From: an uncultured Nitrososphaerota archaeon
GTDB taxonomy: Archaea; Korarchaeota; Korarchaeia; Korarchaeales; Korarchaeaceae
Length of the DNA: 32,000 nt
NCBI GenBank assembly: GCA_964480775.1
Contig: CAYZRF010000001.1
Coordinates: 113,462-145,461, forward strand
Direction of reading: 5' to 3'
Shown: positions 23,574 to 32,000 of the stretch, in pieces
How the letters are laid out: the number at the start of each line of letters is the position of its first letter
Numbering within the stretch: position 1 is the stretch's first letter
The notes under the pieces: generated by a model
What the model was told of the DNA's origin: nothing
Databases searched by the model: none
The model's input: only the letters and a program-made list of their open reading frames with translations
Made by a program: the position numbers and the translations under genes

Positions 23574-24056
23574 TTGGTATTAGAAGGAGAGGACTTGATC
23601 TCATTCTTGAAAAAACAGATAGATTTGGAGAATATGATAGTAGAGGAAGGGAATAAAAGTGTTAAAGGCGTTGAAAACGTGCTTGTAAGGGAATTAATAA
23701 GAGGAATAGCCTTGGATTCCATGAAACACGCAAACATGTTAGAGGCAATGATTGCCCTAATATCTGGGGCCAAGATCTTTTTAACCGAGGAGGAGAGCGA
23801 AAGGATTGGTGAACAAATAAAAAGACACATAGCGCTTGAAAAACAAGCAATTGAGACCTATTCAACTTTGCTTGAGCATATAACTGATGAGAGGACGAGA
23901 TTACTAGTAGAGTACATTCTTAAGGATGAGAGAAGACACCACGAACTACTTCTAAAAATAGACGAGATTATTGTCAAAGCTGAAACTTTAAAGGAAGAAG
24001 ACCTGTGGGAAATGGTTTGGAAGTATTCAGTTTTCCACGGAGCTCCAGGAGGGTAA
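23574..24056 (+). CDS. ferritin-like / rubrerythrin-like four-helix-bundle protein
   Basis: 160 aa, helical, with paired E...(D/E)xxH patterns (LENMIVEEG...DSMKHANMLE; LEKQAIETY...KDERRHHELL) typical of ferritin-like di-iron folds. The track's TTG start is uncertain. Confidence 0.5.
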   Translation: MVLEGEDLISFLKKQIDLENMIVEEGNKSVKGVENVLVRELIRGIALDSMKHANMLEAMIALISGAKIFLTEEESERIGEQIKRHIALEKQAIETYSTLLEHITDERTRLLVEYILKDERRHHELLLKIDEIIVKAETLKEEDLWEMVWKYSVFHGAPGG

Positions 24057-24078
24057 CACTAAATTCCAGTGAGGTAAA

Positions 24079-24666
24079 ATGATCCGATATAAGTTCTTAG
24101 TGACAGATATGGATGGAACCCTTGTGACGTTAGACATAGACTGGGATGAGTTAAGAGAAAGAGTCAGAGAAATAATAAAGACAGATCATCCTCTGAAACC
24201 TTTAGGACCCAGCATTCTAGAGACAACAGAGGGAAATGAAGAACTTAGAAAAAAGGCGTTTGATCTTGTAGAAAGCGAAGAAGTTAGGGCAGCTCTTGGT
24301 GCTTTTCCAGACCCAGAACTCAAGGCAATGCTTTCAAGGCTTAAGGATAAAGGAGTAAGAATGGCTCTCATCACATTTCAATCGGCTAAACCTGCTACTA
24401 TAGCCCTAAAGAGACTCGAAGTGTTACCGTTCTTTGAGTTCTTGATAACTAGGGAATACTCACTAAACAGGAAGAAACAACTCTCAATAGCATTAGAACG
24501 CCTAAAGGCAGATCCTAGAAGGACTGTTTTTGCTGGAGACTCCTCTTGGGATGTCTTAGCTGGAAAAGAGCTTGGTTGTTATACCGTGGTTGTACGAAGA
24601 AAAATAGAAGGCGCTGATCTTTTCGTTGAAAAATTTGTAGAGCTTGAGAGGGTATTTTCGGATTAA
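24079..24666 (+). CDS. HAD-superfamily hydrolase (phosphatase)
   Basis: Motif I LVTDMDGTLV (DxDGT), motif II ALITFQS, and a C-terminal VFAGDSSWDVLAG (motif IV, GDxxxD). Confidence 0.8.
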   Translation: MIRYKFLVTDMDGTLVTLDIDWDELRERVREIIKTDHPLKPLGPSILETTEGNEELRKKAFDLVESEEVRAALGAFPDPELKAMLSRLKDKGVRMALITFQSAKPATIALKRLEVLPFFEFLITREYSLNRKKQLSIALERLKADPRRTVFAGDSSWDVLAGKELGCYTVVVRRKIEGADLFVEKFVELERVFSD

Positions 24667-27548
24667 TACAACCTCCATCTCTCTTTAAACCTTCTTGAAG
24701 CCAAACTCTTTCTTTCTTCATAAAGAAGTTCATAAAATTTCGAGGAGAGCCTTGGCTCTTCTGCTAGAATCTTCTCTATTGTATTCTGAGGAAGTCCGCT
24801 AACCAATGCTATAGCTGCTACCTTACCAAATTTGGAGATTAAGAAGGCAGATCTCCTTAAATCTCTCCAAATCCTTTTACTTTCTTTGTTAAGAGCTCCT
24901 TCTTTTGATCTAGTGAGAACTAATCCAACTTCGAATTCATCAGCATCGGTCATGCCAATTAACTTAGAGCCACAGATCGGACACATAAGTTCATCATCTA
25001 GTCTATGTAGCTCGATCTCTTCGATATATCCCTTACACTCAAGACAAGCAAAAGTCCTTAATTGACTTAACAACTCCACTTTCATCTTTGCAACTTTCAA
25101 AGTTCTCTTCCTCTCCAAAGGAACCCTTTCCAACTTTCTTGTTATGAGATCCACTCCAATCTTTGCAATCGGGGTTGGATTCTCAAGTTCTCCTACGCAT
25201 ATCACTTCAACTTCTCCACTGTTTATCCTCATTAGTAGTCTTTCTGCACCTTTGAGGTCTATATCTCTCTCAATGGCCTCTCTAAAAGCTTCTTTATAGA
25301 CGGGAGTATCTCTTAAGGCATCTATTAGGTTATCGACGAACTCTCTGCTTAGTGTGGCTCCTTTCTCCAATATTCCCATCTTTCTAGCTGCCTGGGTTAT
25401 CCTAAATCTAAAGAAACCACTCTTCTCCATCGTTCTCCTCACAAGCGTGGCGATGTCTGGTCCGCTTTCTTCTCTAAGGATCGTTGAAACTTCCTCAGGA
25501 GAAACTTGACCCTTAAGGTATATCCTATAAGGATCTTCGCTAACAGCAACGGGTTTTGCAAATCTTTCGGTCAACGCCTCAGAAATAAACCTGGATAGAG
25601 CTCTGTTTATTAGAGTTCCACCAAGAACGTGAACTGTTACAAGGTCTTTGTAGGATTCGACAACAATTCTTCTGTCGTTTGGAACTGGGAAACCAGATTT
25701 ACATTGCTCAAGAATTGGTTCTATGCCTCTAGCTATAAAATCAGGCGTAGACTGGTACTTTCGAGATAGCTCCTCCGCTATCTCCGATAAGGTCTTTCCT
25801 TCTTTAAACCTCTCCTCAACAAACCGCCTAATAAATCCTACCTCTTGTGCCACCTCATAGGGAACGGGGATTTCCTCTCCAACCCAGCTTGGAACGGCTC
25901 CTAAGGGATCCTCAGCTCTCTTTATATATACACGATCCTCAAAAACTTGAACTACTGTCCAAACTTCGCCAGCCATTATGAACTTAACCCCGGGCTTTCC
26001 ATATTCTGCCACGAAAGGCTCGTCTAAAATACCGACTGGCTCTTCTGAGTCCTGATCTATTACTAAATACTGTTTCACATCTGGTATCATAGACAGGTTC
26101 TCGAAATAGTATGTGTAAATTCTCTCAGGGGGGCCCACCCTAAAGAACTCAACTTCCTTGAAGGAGAGCCCTAGAAAGGGACTTCTCATATGGGCCATGA
26201 ACCTCAAAAGCTCCACAAATTCTTCAAATCCCAAATTTCTGTAGTTATAAGCTCCTTTAATAATTACATAAGCTTCATCTACGGCCCATCTCTTCTTTAT
26301 AAGAAGAAAACCAGCTATCTCATGCATTAAAGCATCTAGAGGTTTATCAGGGATCTTCACAGGCTCAAGCTCATCCGACATTGCCCTTCTAGCTACAACA
26401 AGGGCCTCGATTGCATCATCAGAGTTTTGAACTATAACCGTACCTTTAGAAATAGCACCTACTCTGTGCCCACTTCTTCCAACCCTCTGAACCAATCGAG
26501 TTGCCTGTCTTGGGGAGTTGTACTGTATCACCATATCTATGGATCCTATATCTATGCCAAGTTCTAAGCTTGAAGTCGCTATCAAAGCTTTTAATGTCCC
26601 AGATTTTAGTCCTCTCTCAGCTCTAAGCCTGCTCTCTAGGGCCAGAGACCCGTGATGCACATTTATCGGAATTGAGACATCCCAGAGCTTAAACCTGCTT
26701 CCAAGAACTTCTGTCATGGGTCTTGTATTCGTAAATATTAGGCAGGATTTAGAAGATTCAACGATTTTCTTTATACAACGAAGCCTAGCTGCAACATCTG
26801 GATATGTGTACAATTTTGAAGCGAGTTTAACATCCTCTGGGGTGGGCTTTGGATATGCTATCTCAACTCTCATCAACTTGACTATGGGTACGTATATCAT
26901 CTCATAAGAGTCTGAGGATCCAACCAGAAAGCGTGCAACATCCTCAGGGCTGCCTACTGTAGCTGAGAGCCCTATTATCTGGAAATCTCCTTTCTTCAAC
27001 CATTTTAGCCTTTCCAGGGCTAAAGCAAGCTGAGCACCTCTCTTGCTCTCAGCTAGCTCATGGATCTCATCTATGATAACGTGTCTCACAGTTAGTAGGT
27101 TCTCCCTCAGTTTTCTGCCAATGAGCATTATCTGCAAAGTTTCAGGCGTGGTTACTAATATGTCAGGAGGCATATCGGCCTGAGTCCTTCTTTCTCTCAC
27201 GGAAGTGTCTCCGTGTCTTACCCCTATTGAAAGATCCAGTTTACTGCACCACCATTGTAGCCTATCCATTAAATCCCTGTTCAAAGCCCTCAGCGGGGTT
27301 ATATACAGAACTTTAACCCCTCTTATCCTCTTTTCTTCTAAGAGTTTGCTTAACACAGGAAGAAAAGCTGCCTCTGTCTTACCTGTTCCGGTTGCGGCTA
27401 TTAAGAGCACATTTTTGCCCTCTAATATAGGTTTAATCGCCTTGGCTTGGGGATCCGTTGGTTCCATGAAACCTTTTTCCTCTACTAGTCTTTTAACTGG
27501 CTCTGCAAGCATTTCGAAAGCATTAGAGTTTGTGGAAGAGAATTCCAT
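24663..27548 (-). CDS. lhr: Lhr-type large superfamily-2 helicase (DEAD/DEAH box plus Lhr-associated domains, C-terminal zinc ribbon)
   Basis: 961 aa. Q-motif/Walker A PTDPQAKAI...LLIAATGTGKTEAAFLP, DEIHEL (motif II), SAT, TSSLELGIDIG, QRVGRSGH (motif VI), then a long Lhr-type C-terminal region with CLEC...CPIC. Confidence 0.9.
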   Translation of the reverse strand: MEFSSTNSNAFEMLAEPVKRLVEEKGFMEPTDPQAKAIKPILEGKNVLLIAATGTGKTEAAFLPVLSKLLEEKRIRGVKVLYITPLRALNRDLMDRLQWWCSKLDLSIGVRHGDTSVRERRTQADMPPDILVTTPETLQIMLIGRKLRENLLTVRHVIIDEIHELAESKRGAQLALALERLKWLKKGDFQIIGLSATVGSPEDVARFLVGSSDSYEMIYVPIVKLMRVEIAYPKPTPEDVKLASKLYTYPDVAARLRCIKKIVESSKSCLIFTNTRPMTEVLGSRFKLWDVSIPINVHHGSLALESRLRAERGLKSGTLKALIATSSLELGIDIGSIDMVIQYNSPRQATRLVQRVGRSGHRVGAISKGTVIVQNSDDAIEALVVARRAMSDELEPVKIPDKPLDALMHEIAGFLLIKKRWAVDEAYVIIKGAYNYRNLGFEEFVELLRFMAHMRSPFLGLSFKEVEFFRVGPPERIYTYYFENLSMIPDVKQYLVIDQDSEEPVGILDEPFVAEYGKPGVKFIMAGEVWTVVQVFEDRVYIKRAEDPLGAVPSWVGEEIPVPYEVAQEVGFIRRFVEERFKEGKTLSEIAEELSRKYQSTPDFIARGIEPILEQCKSGFPVPNDRRIVVESYKDLVTVHVLGGTLINRALSRFISEALTERFAKPVAVSEDPYRIYLKGQVSPEEVSTILREESGPDIATLVRRTMEKSGFFRFRITQAARKMGILEKGATLSREFVDNLIDALRDTPVYKEAFREAIERDIDLKGAERLLMRINSGEVEVICVGELENPTPIAKIGVDLITRKLERVPLERKRTLKVAKMKVELLSQLRTFACLECKGYIEEIELHRLDDELMCPICGSKLIGMTDADEFEVGLVLTRSKEGALNKESKRIWRDLRRSAFLISKFGKVAAIALVSGLPQNTIEKILAEEPRLSSKFYELLYEERKSLASRRFKERWRLY

Positions 27549-27647
27549 GCCCTATACTGATGATATGAACATCTTATTTATTCTAACTGATAATTAATCG
27601 TCCCTTAAAGCATGGTTTTATTACTTTTACAGACATTTTAGAAGCAG

Positions 27648-27983
27648 ATGAGTTCTTCTAAACCAGAGAAAGTAGCAGTTAAGATAATGCTACTTCTAAA
27701 GGGAAAATACGTTCTAGGCGAGGGAAGAGTTAGACTCTTAGAAGAAATTGACAGATTTGGGTGTATCTCTAAAGCCGCAAAAGAACTCAATATACCATAT
27801 AGGGTTGCAATTCGCCATATAAGAAGGGTCGAGGAAAAGATAGGGGAGAAGCTAGTTGTCACTAGGAGAGGAGGAAGAGGAGGGGGAGGTAAAGCTGAAC
27901 TCACTCCAATTGCCAAAAGCATCGTGGTTACTTACAAAAAGGCCAAGATCGCCGTAGATAGGGCTCTTAAAGAGATTTCCTAA
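27648..27983 (+). CDS. ModE-N-terminal-like (LysR-type) winged-helix protein, stand-alone
   Basis: 111 aa. GEGRVRLLEEIDRFGCISKAAKELNIPYRVAIRHIRRVEEKIGEKLVVTRRGGRGGGGKAELTP matches the ModE N-terminal HTH domain pattern (GSIS.AAK..G.SYR.AW..I...). Confidence 0.7.
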   Translation: MSSSKPEKVAVKIMLLLKGKYVLGEGRVRLLEEIDRFGCISKAAKELNIPYRVAIRHIRRVEEKIGEKLVVTRRGGRGGGGKAELTPIAKSIVVTYKKAKIAVDRALKEIS

Positions 27984-28048
27984 CTTATAATCTGTTTTTA
28001 CAAGCTCTTATCCATGCTTTATTGATAAGGACCCTGCCTCTCTTTGAT

Positions 28049-29572
28049 TTAAGTGTAATCTGGGATTCTTCTCAACAACATCCCTTCTACAGTAAAGGGT
28101 TTGCTCCTCATCGCCACATTGTAGGCATCTGTTAGCTTAGATTCCCTTTCTGCATATATCGTCATTAACAGACTGCCTTTTTCTACCTTATACCCTACTT
28201 TGGCATGTAATAAAACTCCAGCTCCTTTCTCAGAAGGAGCTCCAGCAGCCAGTGCTATCTCTTTTATGGAATGATTATCAACATCTGTCACATACCCATC
28301 ACAAGGAGCCCGTATCTCTGCTGTATACTGACCCAAAGGAATTTCCTCTGGTTTAACGTCTGGGTTACCGCCTTGAACTCCTATGATTTCTCTCATCTTC
28401 TTCAAAGCTTTTCCTGATGCTAAAGCCTCTTCGGCTAGCCCTTTCCCACTTCCTCTTGTAGCAACGCCGGCCATCTCCAATAACATGCCAGCTAGAGAAG
28501 TCGATTTCTCAATCAAACTTGCTGGTCCCTTTCCTTGAAGCGCTTCTAGTGCTTCTTTTGCTTCCAGGGCTGGCCCAATTGCATGTCCTACGGGTTGTCC
28601 TCCATACGTTATTCCACATTGGACTCTAACTCCAAACCTCCTCCCAAGTTCTACGAACTGACTAGAAAGGAGTTCGGCTTCCTCAACATTCTCTACTTTT
28701 GCTCCTTTACCAGTTGGAATATCTATAACAAGTGCTTTAGTTCCAGTAGCCAGTTTCTTAGACATTATTGAGGCCAACATCTGACCTCGCGGATCTATTC
28801 CTAGAGGATGCTCGACTCTTATGAAAATATCATCTGTTGGAGCGAGACCAAGCTTTCCTCCCCAAACAATGGCTCCTCCGACCTTCAAAGCTATCTCTCT
28901 AAACTCTTCTGCTGTGAATTCAACAGGAGCAAGAACTTCCATCGTATCAGCCGTTCCCGTAGGGCTTGTAATGGCTCTGCTAGATGTCTTTGGTATAAGG
29001 ACCCCTAATGATGCAACGATCGGCACAATGAGAAGGCTAACTTTGTTCCCTGGTACACCTCCTATGGAATGTTTCTCAAAAGCTGGTCTTCCAAAATCAA
29101 TTTTTTCCCCAGTTTCAACCATTGCTTTAGTCAAAGCTTCTATTTCATCCATACTCATTCCATAGAACTCTTGAGAAAGCAAGAATGCAGCTATCTCCAG
29201 ATCTGTGAGGTTATAACTTACAGCATCTTCTATGATAGATCTTATTTCCTCCGAAAGTAGCTTTTGCCCTTCCATCTTCTTTTTAATGTAGGGAAAGGAA
29301 GGAGGTCTACCAGCTAGGGTAAGGGAAATAACGCCACCATCCTTTACTTCTAGAATTTCCATAACTTCTTGAGATAAGGCCGCCACACCAGGTTCCACAT
29401 GACTTCTAGACACCGAGAGAAAGGCCGAAGCCCTTCTTTTCATATACTCAACTTTAACCCTGTCATTCATTCTCATTCCTTGGGTAGCTGCATCTTTTTC
29501 GTTAATTAGAACGAGACGTCTTCCAACAGGGAATCCCAAAGGTTTGGCTTTAAGCTTCAGCATATATATCAT
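28049..29572 (-). CDS. deoA: AMP phosphorylase (thymidine-phosphorylase family, archaeal DeoA type)
   Basis: 507 aa, near-collinear with Thermococcus kodakarensis AMP phosphorylase as I recall it: N-terminal extra domain (LVLINEKDA...), HSIGGVPGNK, IPKTSSRAITSPTGTADTMEVLA, VWGG.L.LAPTDD, LASIMSKK, ITYGGQPVGHAIGPALEAKEAL. The start may be Met4 (29563). Confidence 0.9.
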   Translation of the reverse strand: MIYMLKLKAKPLGFPVGRRLVLINEKDAATQGMRMNDRVKVEYMKRRASAFLSVSRSHVEPGVAALSQEVMEILEVKDGGVISLTLAGRPPSFPYIKKKMEGQKLLSEEIRSIIEDAVSYNLTDLEIAAFLLSQEFYGMSMDEIEALTKAMVETGEKIDFGRPAFEKHSIGGVPGNKVSLLIVPIVASLGVLIPKTSSRAITSPTGTADTMEVLAPVEFTAEEFREIALKVGGAIVWGGKLGLAPTDDIFIRVEHPLGIDPRGQMLASIMSKKLATGTKALVIDIPTGKGAKVENVEEAELLSSQFVELGRRFGVRVQCGITYGGQPVGHAIGPALEAKEALEALQGKGPASLIEKSTSLAGMLLEMAGVATRGSGKGLAEEALASGKALKKMREIIGVQGGNPDVKPEEIPLGQYTAEIRAPCDGYVTDVDNHSIKEIALAAGAPSEKGAGVLLHAKVGYKVEKGSLLMTIYAERESKLTDAYNVAMRSKPFTVEGMLLRRIPDYT

Positions 29573-29656
29573 GCCTTTTTAGCTGAATGGGGCTTAAAAA
29601 GCTGCCTTTATCCTAAAAATACCAATAAATCAGAAAGATCTTGGCTCATGAGCATT

Positions 29657-30577
29657 TTATCCGAATAAGTTATCGAGAAACATCATGACCGCGAAGCCTA
29701 TTACTGCTCCGAAAGTGGCAATTCTTTCATAACCTTTACTATGGCTTTCTGGGATCATCTCATCACTTACTACGAATATCATTGCACCGGCTGCAAAAGC
29801 CATTGCTATTGGAAGAATGGGTCTTACCTTTGAAACAAGCGATATCCCCAGCAATCCTCCTACAGGTTCAACAAGACCACTTAAAGTAGCATACCAGGCG
29901 GCCTTTCTTCTCTTAAAACCTTCTCTTAACATAGGAAATGCAACCGCCATACCTTCTGGTACATTCTGAAGCGCTATAGCGATAGAAACAGCAAAGCCAG
30001 TGCGAATATCTCCTCCACCAAAACTAACGCCCACAGCCATTCCTTCAGGGAAATTGTGTATTGTTATTGCCAAAATCATTAGGGAAACTTTAGAAAGCTT
30101 AGAAGGAGGGCCCTCATATCCTTTAAAAATGTGTTCATGTGGGATCAAACGATCCGCAATGTCTACAAACAAAGCCCCTCCCAACAAACCAATGAAAACC
30201 CTTCCTATACCTGCCATTTCAATAGCTGGAACTAAAAGGCTGAAGGCCGAAGCAGCCAGCATTACCCCCGCCGAAAACCCAAGAGCAGCATCTAAGAACT
30301 TATCTGAAATATTTGAGGTGAAGATCATAGGTAAAGCTCCGACGGCCGTAAATAACCCAGCAAAAAGACTAGCAAGAGAGCCTAGGAGAATTAAGTTATC
30401 TGAAAGCACATAATCACCTAACAATTTTTCATAAAAAGGTCTTCCTTTTTCCGTAGCTTGACCTTGTAGCGTAATAAATATAGAACCCAGTTTTCTTTTA
30501 GACCAATGATTCAACACGAGACTCTGAAAATAGGATCTGCGAATAAAATCAGTGATTAAGAAATATTTTCTAGCCAT
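29657..30577 (-). CDS. zupT: ZIP-family divalent metal (zinc) transporter, ZupT/GufA-like
   Basis: Polytopic membrane protein with ITIHNFPEGMAVGV and ALQNVPEGMAVAF signature repeats. The N-terminal ~60 residues are unusually hydrophilic, so the true start may be downstream at a non-ATG codon. Confidence 0.8.
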   Translation of the reverse strand: MARKYFLITDFIRRSYFQSLVLNHWSKRKLGSIFITLQGQATEKGRPFYEKLLGDYVLSDNLILLGSLASLFAGLFTAVGALPMIFTSNISDKFLDAALGFSAGVMLAASAFSLLVPAIEMAGIGRVFIGLLGGALFVDIADRLIPHEHIFKGYEGPPSKLSKVSLMILAITIHNFPEGMAVGVSFGGGDIRTGFAVSIAIALQNVPEGMAVAFPMLREGFKRRKAAWYATLSGLVEPVGGLLGISLVSKVRPILPIAMAFAAGAMIFVVSDEMIPESHSKGYERIATFGAVIGFAVMMFLDNLFG

Positions 30578-30615
30578 GGTTAAATACCTTGAGTTGCTAA
30601 TTGGCGTGGTTGCCC

Positions 30616-31470
30616 ATGGAAAGAAGAAGATTGGGGCGGACAGAACATATGAGTAGCATAGTCACGCTTGGATGCTATGCTTTCTCAAAAATTTCGCAAG
30701 AAGAAGCAGATCCGCTCATAGAGCTTGCTCTCTCATATGGAGTAAATCACTTCGATGTTGCACCAAGCTATGGAGAAGCTGAGAGAAGAATTCGTCCTTG
30801 GCTTGAGAAAAGAAGGAAAGAGATTTTTCTTGCCTGCAAAACCCTCAAAAGAACGAAAAAAGAAGCAGAAAAAGAGCTATTCTTAAGCATGGAGAGGCTC
30901 GGAGTCGAATACATAGATCTATATCAGATTCACGCTTTAGATGATCTTCAAGATCTTAAAATAGTAATGGGATCAGGAGGTGCCTTAGAAGCCATGAAAG
31001 AGGCCAGAGAAAATGGTCTGATAAAATACATCGGAATAACAAGTCACAGACCTCCTACGCTGATTAAAGCCCTTGAGGAATTTGACTTCGATACAATCAT
31101 GTTTCCCTTGAACTTTGTGCTTCGGAGACATAGGTGCAAAGAAAATGACTATGAACCCCTCCTTAAGATAGCCGAGGAAAGAGATCTAGGTACAATAGCC
31201 ATAAAAGCCTTCGCAAAAAGACCTTGGAAGACGGAAAATAGGCGATACCAAACTTGGTATGAGCCTTTTGATAAGCAGGAGGAGATAGAACTATGCCTGC
31301 GCTTCGCCTTATCTCAAGGAGTGACCACAGTGGCTTCAGCAGGAGATCCTAAGCTACTTCCGTTAATTTTAGAAGCCGCGGAAAGATATAGGGAACTTAC
31401 TAAAACTGAGCAAGAGGAGCTGATAGAATTCGCAAAAGACTTAACCCCCATATTTCCAAGGATCAAATAA
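30616..31470 (+). CDS. aldo/keto reductase family oxidoreductase
   Basis: MERRRLGRTEHMSSIVTLG..., NHFDVAPSYGEAE, YIDLYQIHALDD, KYIGITSH: the typical AKR layout. I prefer ATG 30616 over the track's TTG 30601. Confidence 0.85.
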   Translation: MERRRLGRTEHMSSIVTLGCYAFSKISQEEADPLIELALSYGVNHFDVAPSYGEAERRIRPWLEKRRKEIFLACKTLKRTKKEAEKELFLSMERLGVEYIDLYQIHALDDLQDLKIVMGSGGALEAMKEARENGLIKYIGITSHRPPTLIKALEEFDFDTIMFPLNFVLRRHRCKENDYEPLLKIAEERDLGTIAIKAFAKRPWKTENRRYQTWYEPFDKQEEIELCLRFALSQGVTTVASAGDPKLLPLILEAAERYRELTKTEQEELIEFAKDLTPIFPRIK

Positions 31471-31528
31471 GGCTAACAGATTCGATTCCCTTTTTGTTAA
31501 GGTTTTATTCTATCCTCAGTAGAGAGCA

Positions 31529-32000
31529 ATGTTGGTGCCCTTGAACAGAAGGATAACGTCTCACCCAATTCTTGAATTCCCAAGAGAGAAGTTAGTCGCA
31601 TTTATGTTCGAGGGAAAGAGAATTGAGGCATATGAAGGGGAAAGCATAGCAGCTGCGCTATATGCATCCGGTCTCAAGACATTCACTTGGAGCTACAAAC
31701 GAAACAGACCTAGGGGATGGTTCTGCGGGATTGGAAAGTGTTCTTCTTGCTTGATGACAGTAAATGGTATTCCGAATGTTAGAACGTGTATAGTGCCTGT
31801 GAAAGAAGGTTTAAACGTTCAAAGACAAAAACAAGGGTTAGGAACGCTCCCTTCCAGTTTGTACGAGAATCCAGAGGTAGAAAAGTTTGATGTTGAGTTG
31901 GCCGTGATAGGTGGAGGACCAGCAGGTCTTTCTGCAGCCATAACAGCAAAAAGACTCGGATGCAGCACCCTTGTAATTGATGAGCACTTTAAGGCTGGAG
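31529..32000 (+). CDS. 2Fe-2S / FAD-dependent oxidoreductase, sarcosine-oxidase-alpha / opine-oxidase-A / proline-dehydrogenase-like (N-terminal part; runs off the right edge)
   Basis: My own translation gives MLVPLNRRITSHPILEFPREKLVAFMFEGKRIEAYEGESIAAALYASGLKTFTWSYKRNRPRGWFCGIGKCSSCLMTVNGIPNVRTCIVPVKEGLNVQRQ...VELAVIGGGPAGLSAAITAKRLG. This is a 2Fe-2S-type Cys cluster domain followed by a GxGxxG dinucleotide-binding motif. Confidence 0.7.
   Translation, partial: MLVPLNRRITSHPILEFPREKLVAFMFEGKRIEAYEGESIAAALYASGLKTFTWSYKRNRPRGWFCGIGKCSSCLMTVNGIPNVRTCIVPVKEGLNVQRQKQGLGTLPSSLYENPEVEKFDVELAVIGGGPAGLSAAITAKRLGCSTLVIDEHFKAG

Noticed and set aside
27205-27922. ORFs 27205-27597 (+) and 27638-27922 (-), overlapping the lhr 5' end and the ModE-like gene.
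   Set aside because: They are shadow ORFs of genes with clear motifs, and 27638-27922 translates the poly-Gly codons as poly-Pro.
28583-30413. Antisense ORFs within deoA and the ZIP transporter gene (28583-28771, 28808-29008, 28821-29165, 29069-29260, 30000-30413).
   Set aside because: They are embedded in high-confidence genes and have no motifs.
1-32000. Search for CRISPR arrays, tRNA/rRNA genes, IS elements or long repeats.
   Set aside because: I saw no regularly spaced direct repeats, no GC-rich cloverleaf-like segments in the intergenic regions, and no transposase- or integrase-like ORFs. Long-range repeats cannot be excluded without a computational self-alignment.

Overview
Densely packed, AT-rich prokaryotic chromosome segment. 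I support about 34 protein genes and found no rRNA, tRNA, CRISPR array or IS/transposase. The gene content and signals point to a (hyper)thermophilic archaeon of unknown lineage: AMP phosphorylase, Lhr-type helicase, pyrrolidone-carboxyl peptidase, an SPP/presenilin-like GxGD protease, Roadblock/LC7, TATA-like boxes, oligo-T tracts, GGAGG/GGTG ribosome-binding sites and AGA/AGG/ATA-rich codons. Most genes are housekeeping or metabolic: a partial uridine phosphorylase; a PrsW-SHOCT protease and an HExxH protein; hydantoinase/oxoprolinase HyuA/HyuB; GNAT; MFS; MscS; glutamine synthetase; an ArsR-fusion regulator; a SAM methyltransferase; Pcp; a split EamA transporter; a ferritin-like protein; HAD; Lhr; a ModE-like HTH protein; AMP phosphorylase; a ZIP transporter; an aldo/keto reductase; and a partial 2Fe-2S/FAD oxidoreductase. 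The stand-out locus is 19.0-23.3 kb. It encodes a half-length, hinge-less SMC-family ATPase whose head motifs look Smc5/6-like. Downstream on the same strand are a Roadblock/LC7 protein, a ScpA/Nse4-like kleisin, a translationally coupled tandem winged-helix 'kite' protein that looks MAGE/Nse3-like, and a YbjN-like protein. I read this as a candidate minimal SMC-kleisin-kite machine of a type I do not recognise as characterised. A second notable signal is the EamA transporter: it is split by a -1 frame change exactly where a canonical X_XXY_YYZ slippery heptamer (A_AAT_TTC) sits in the correct phase. All homology calls come from motif recognition by eye and need HMM or structure searches to confirm.
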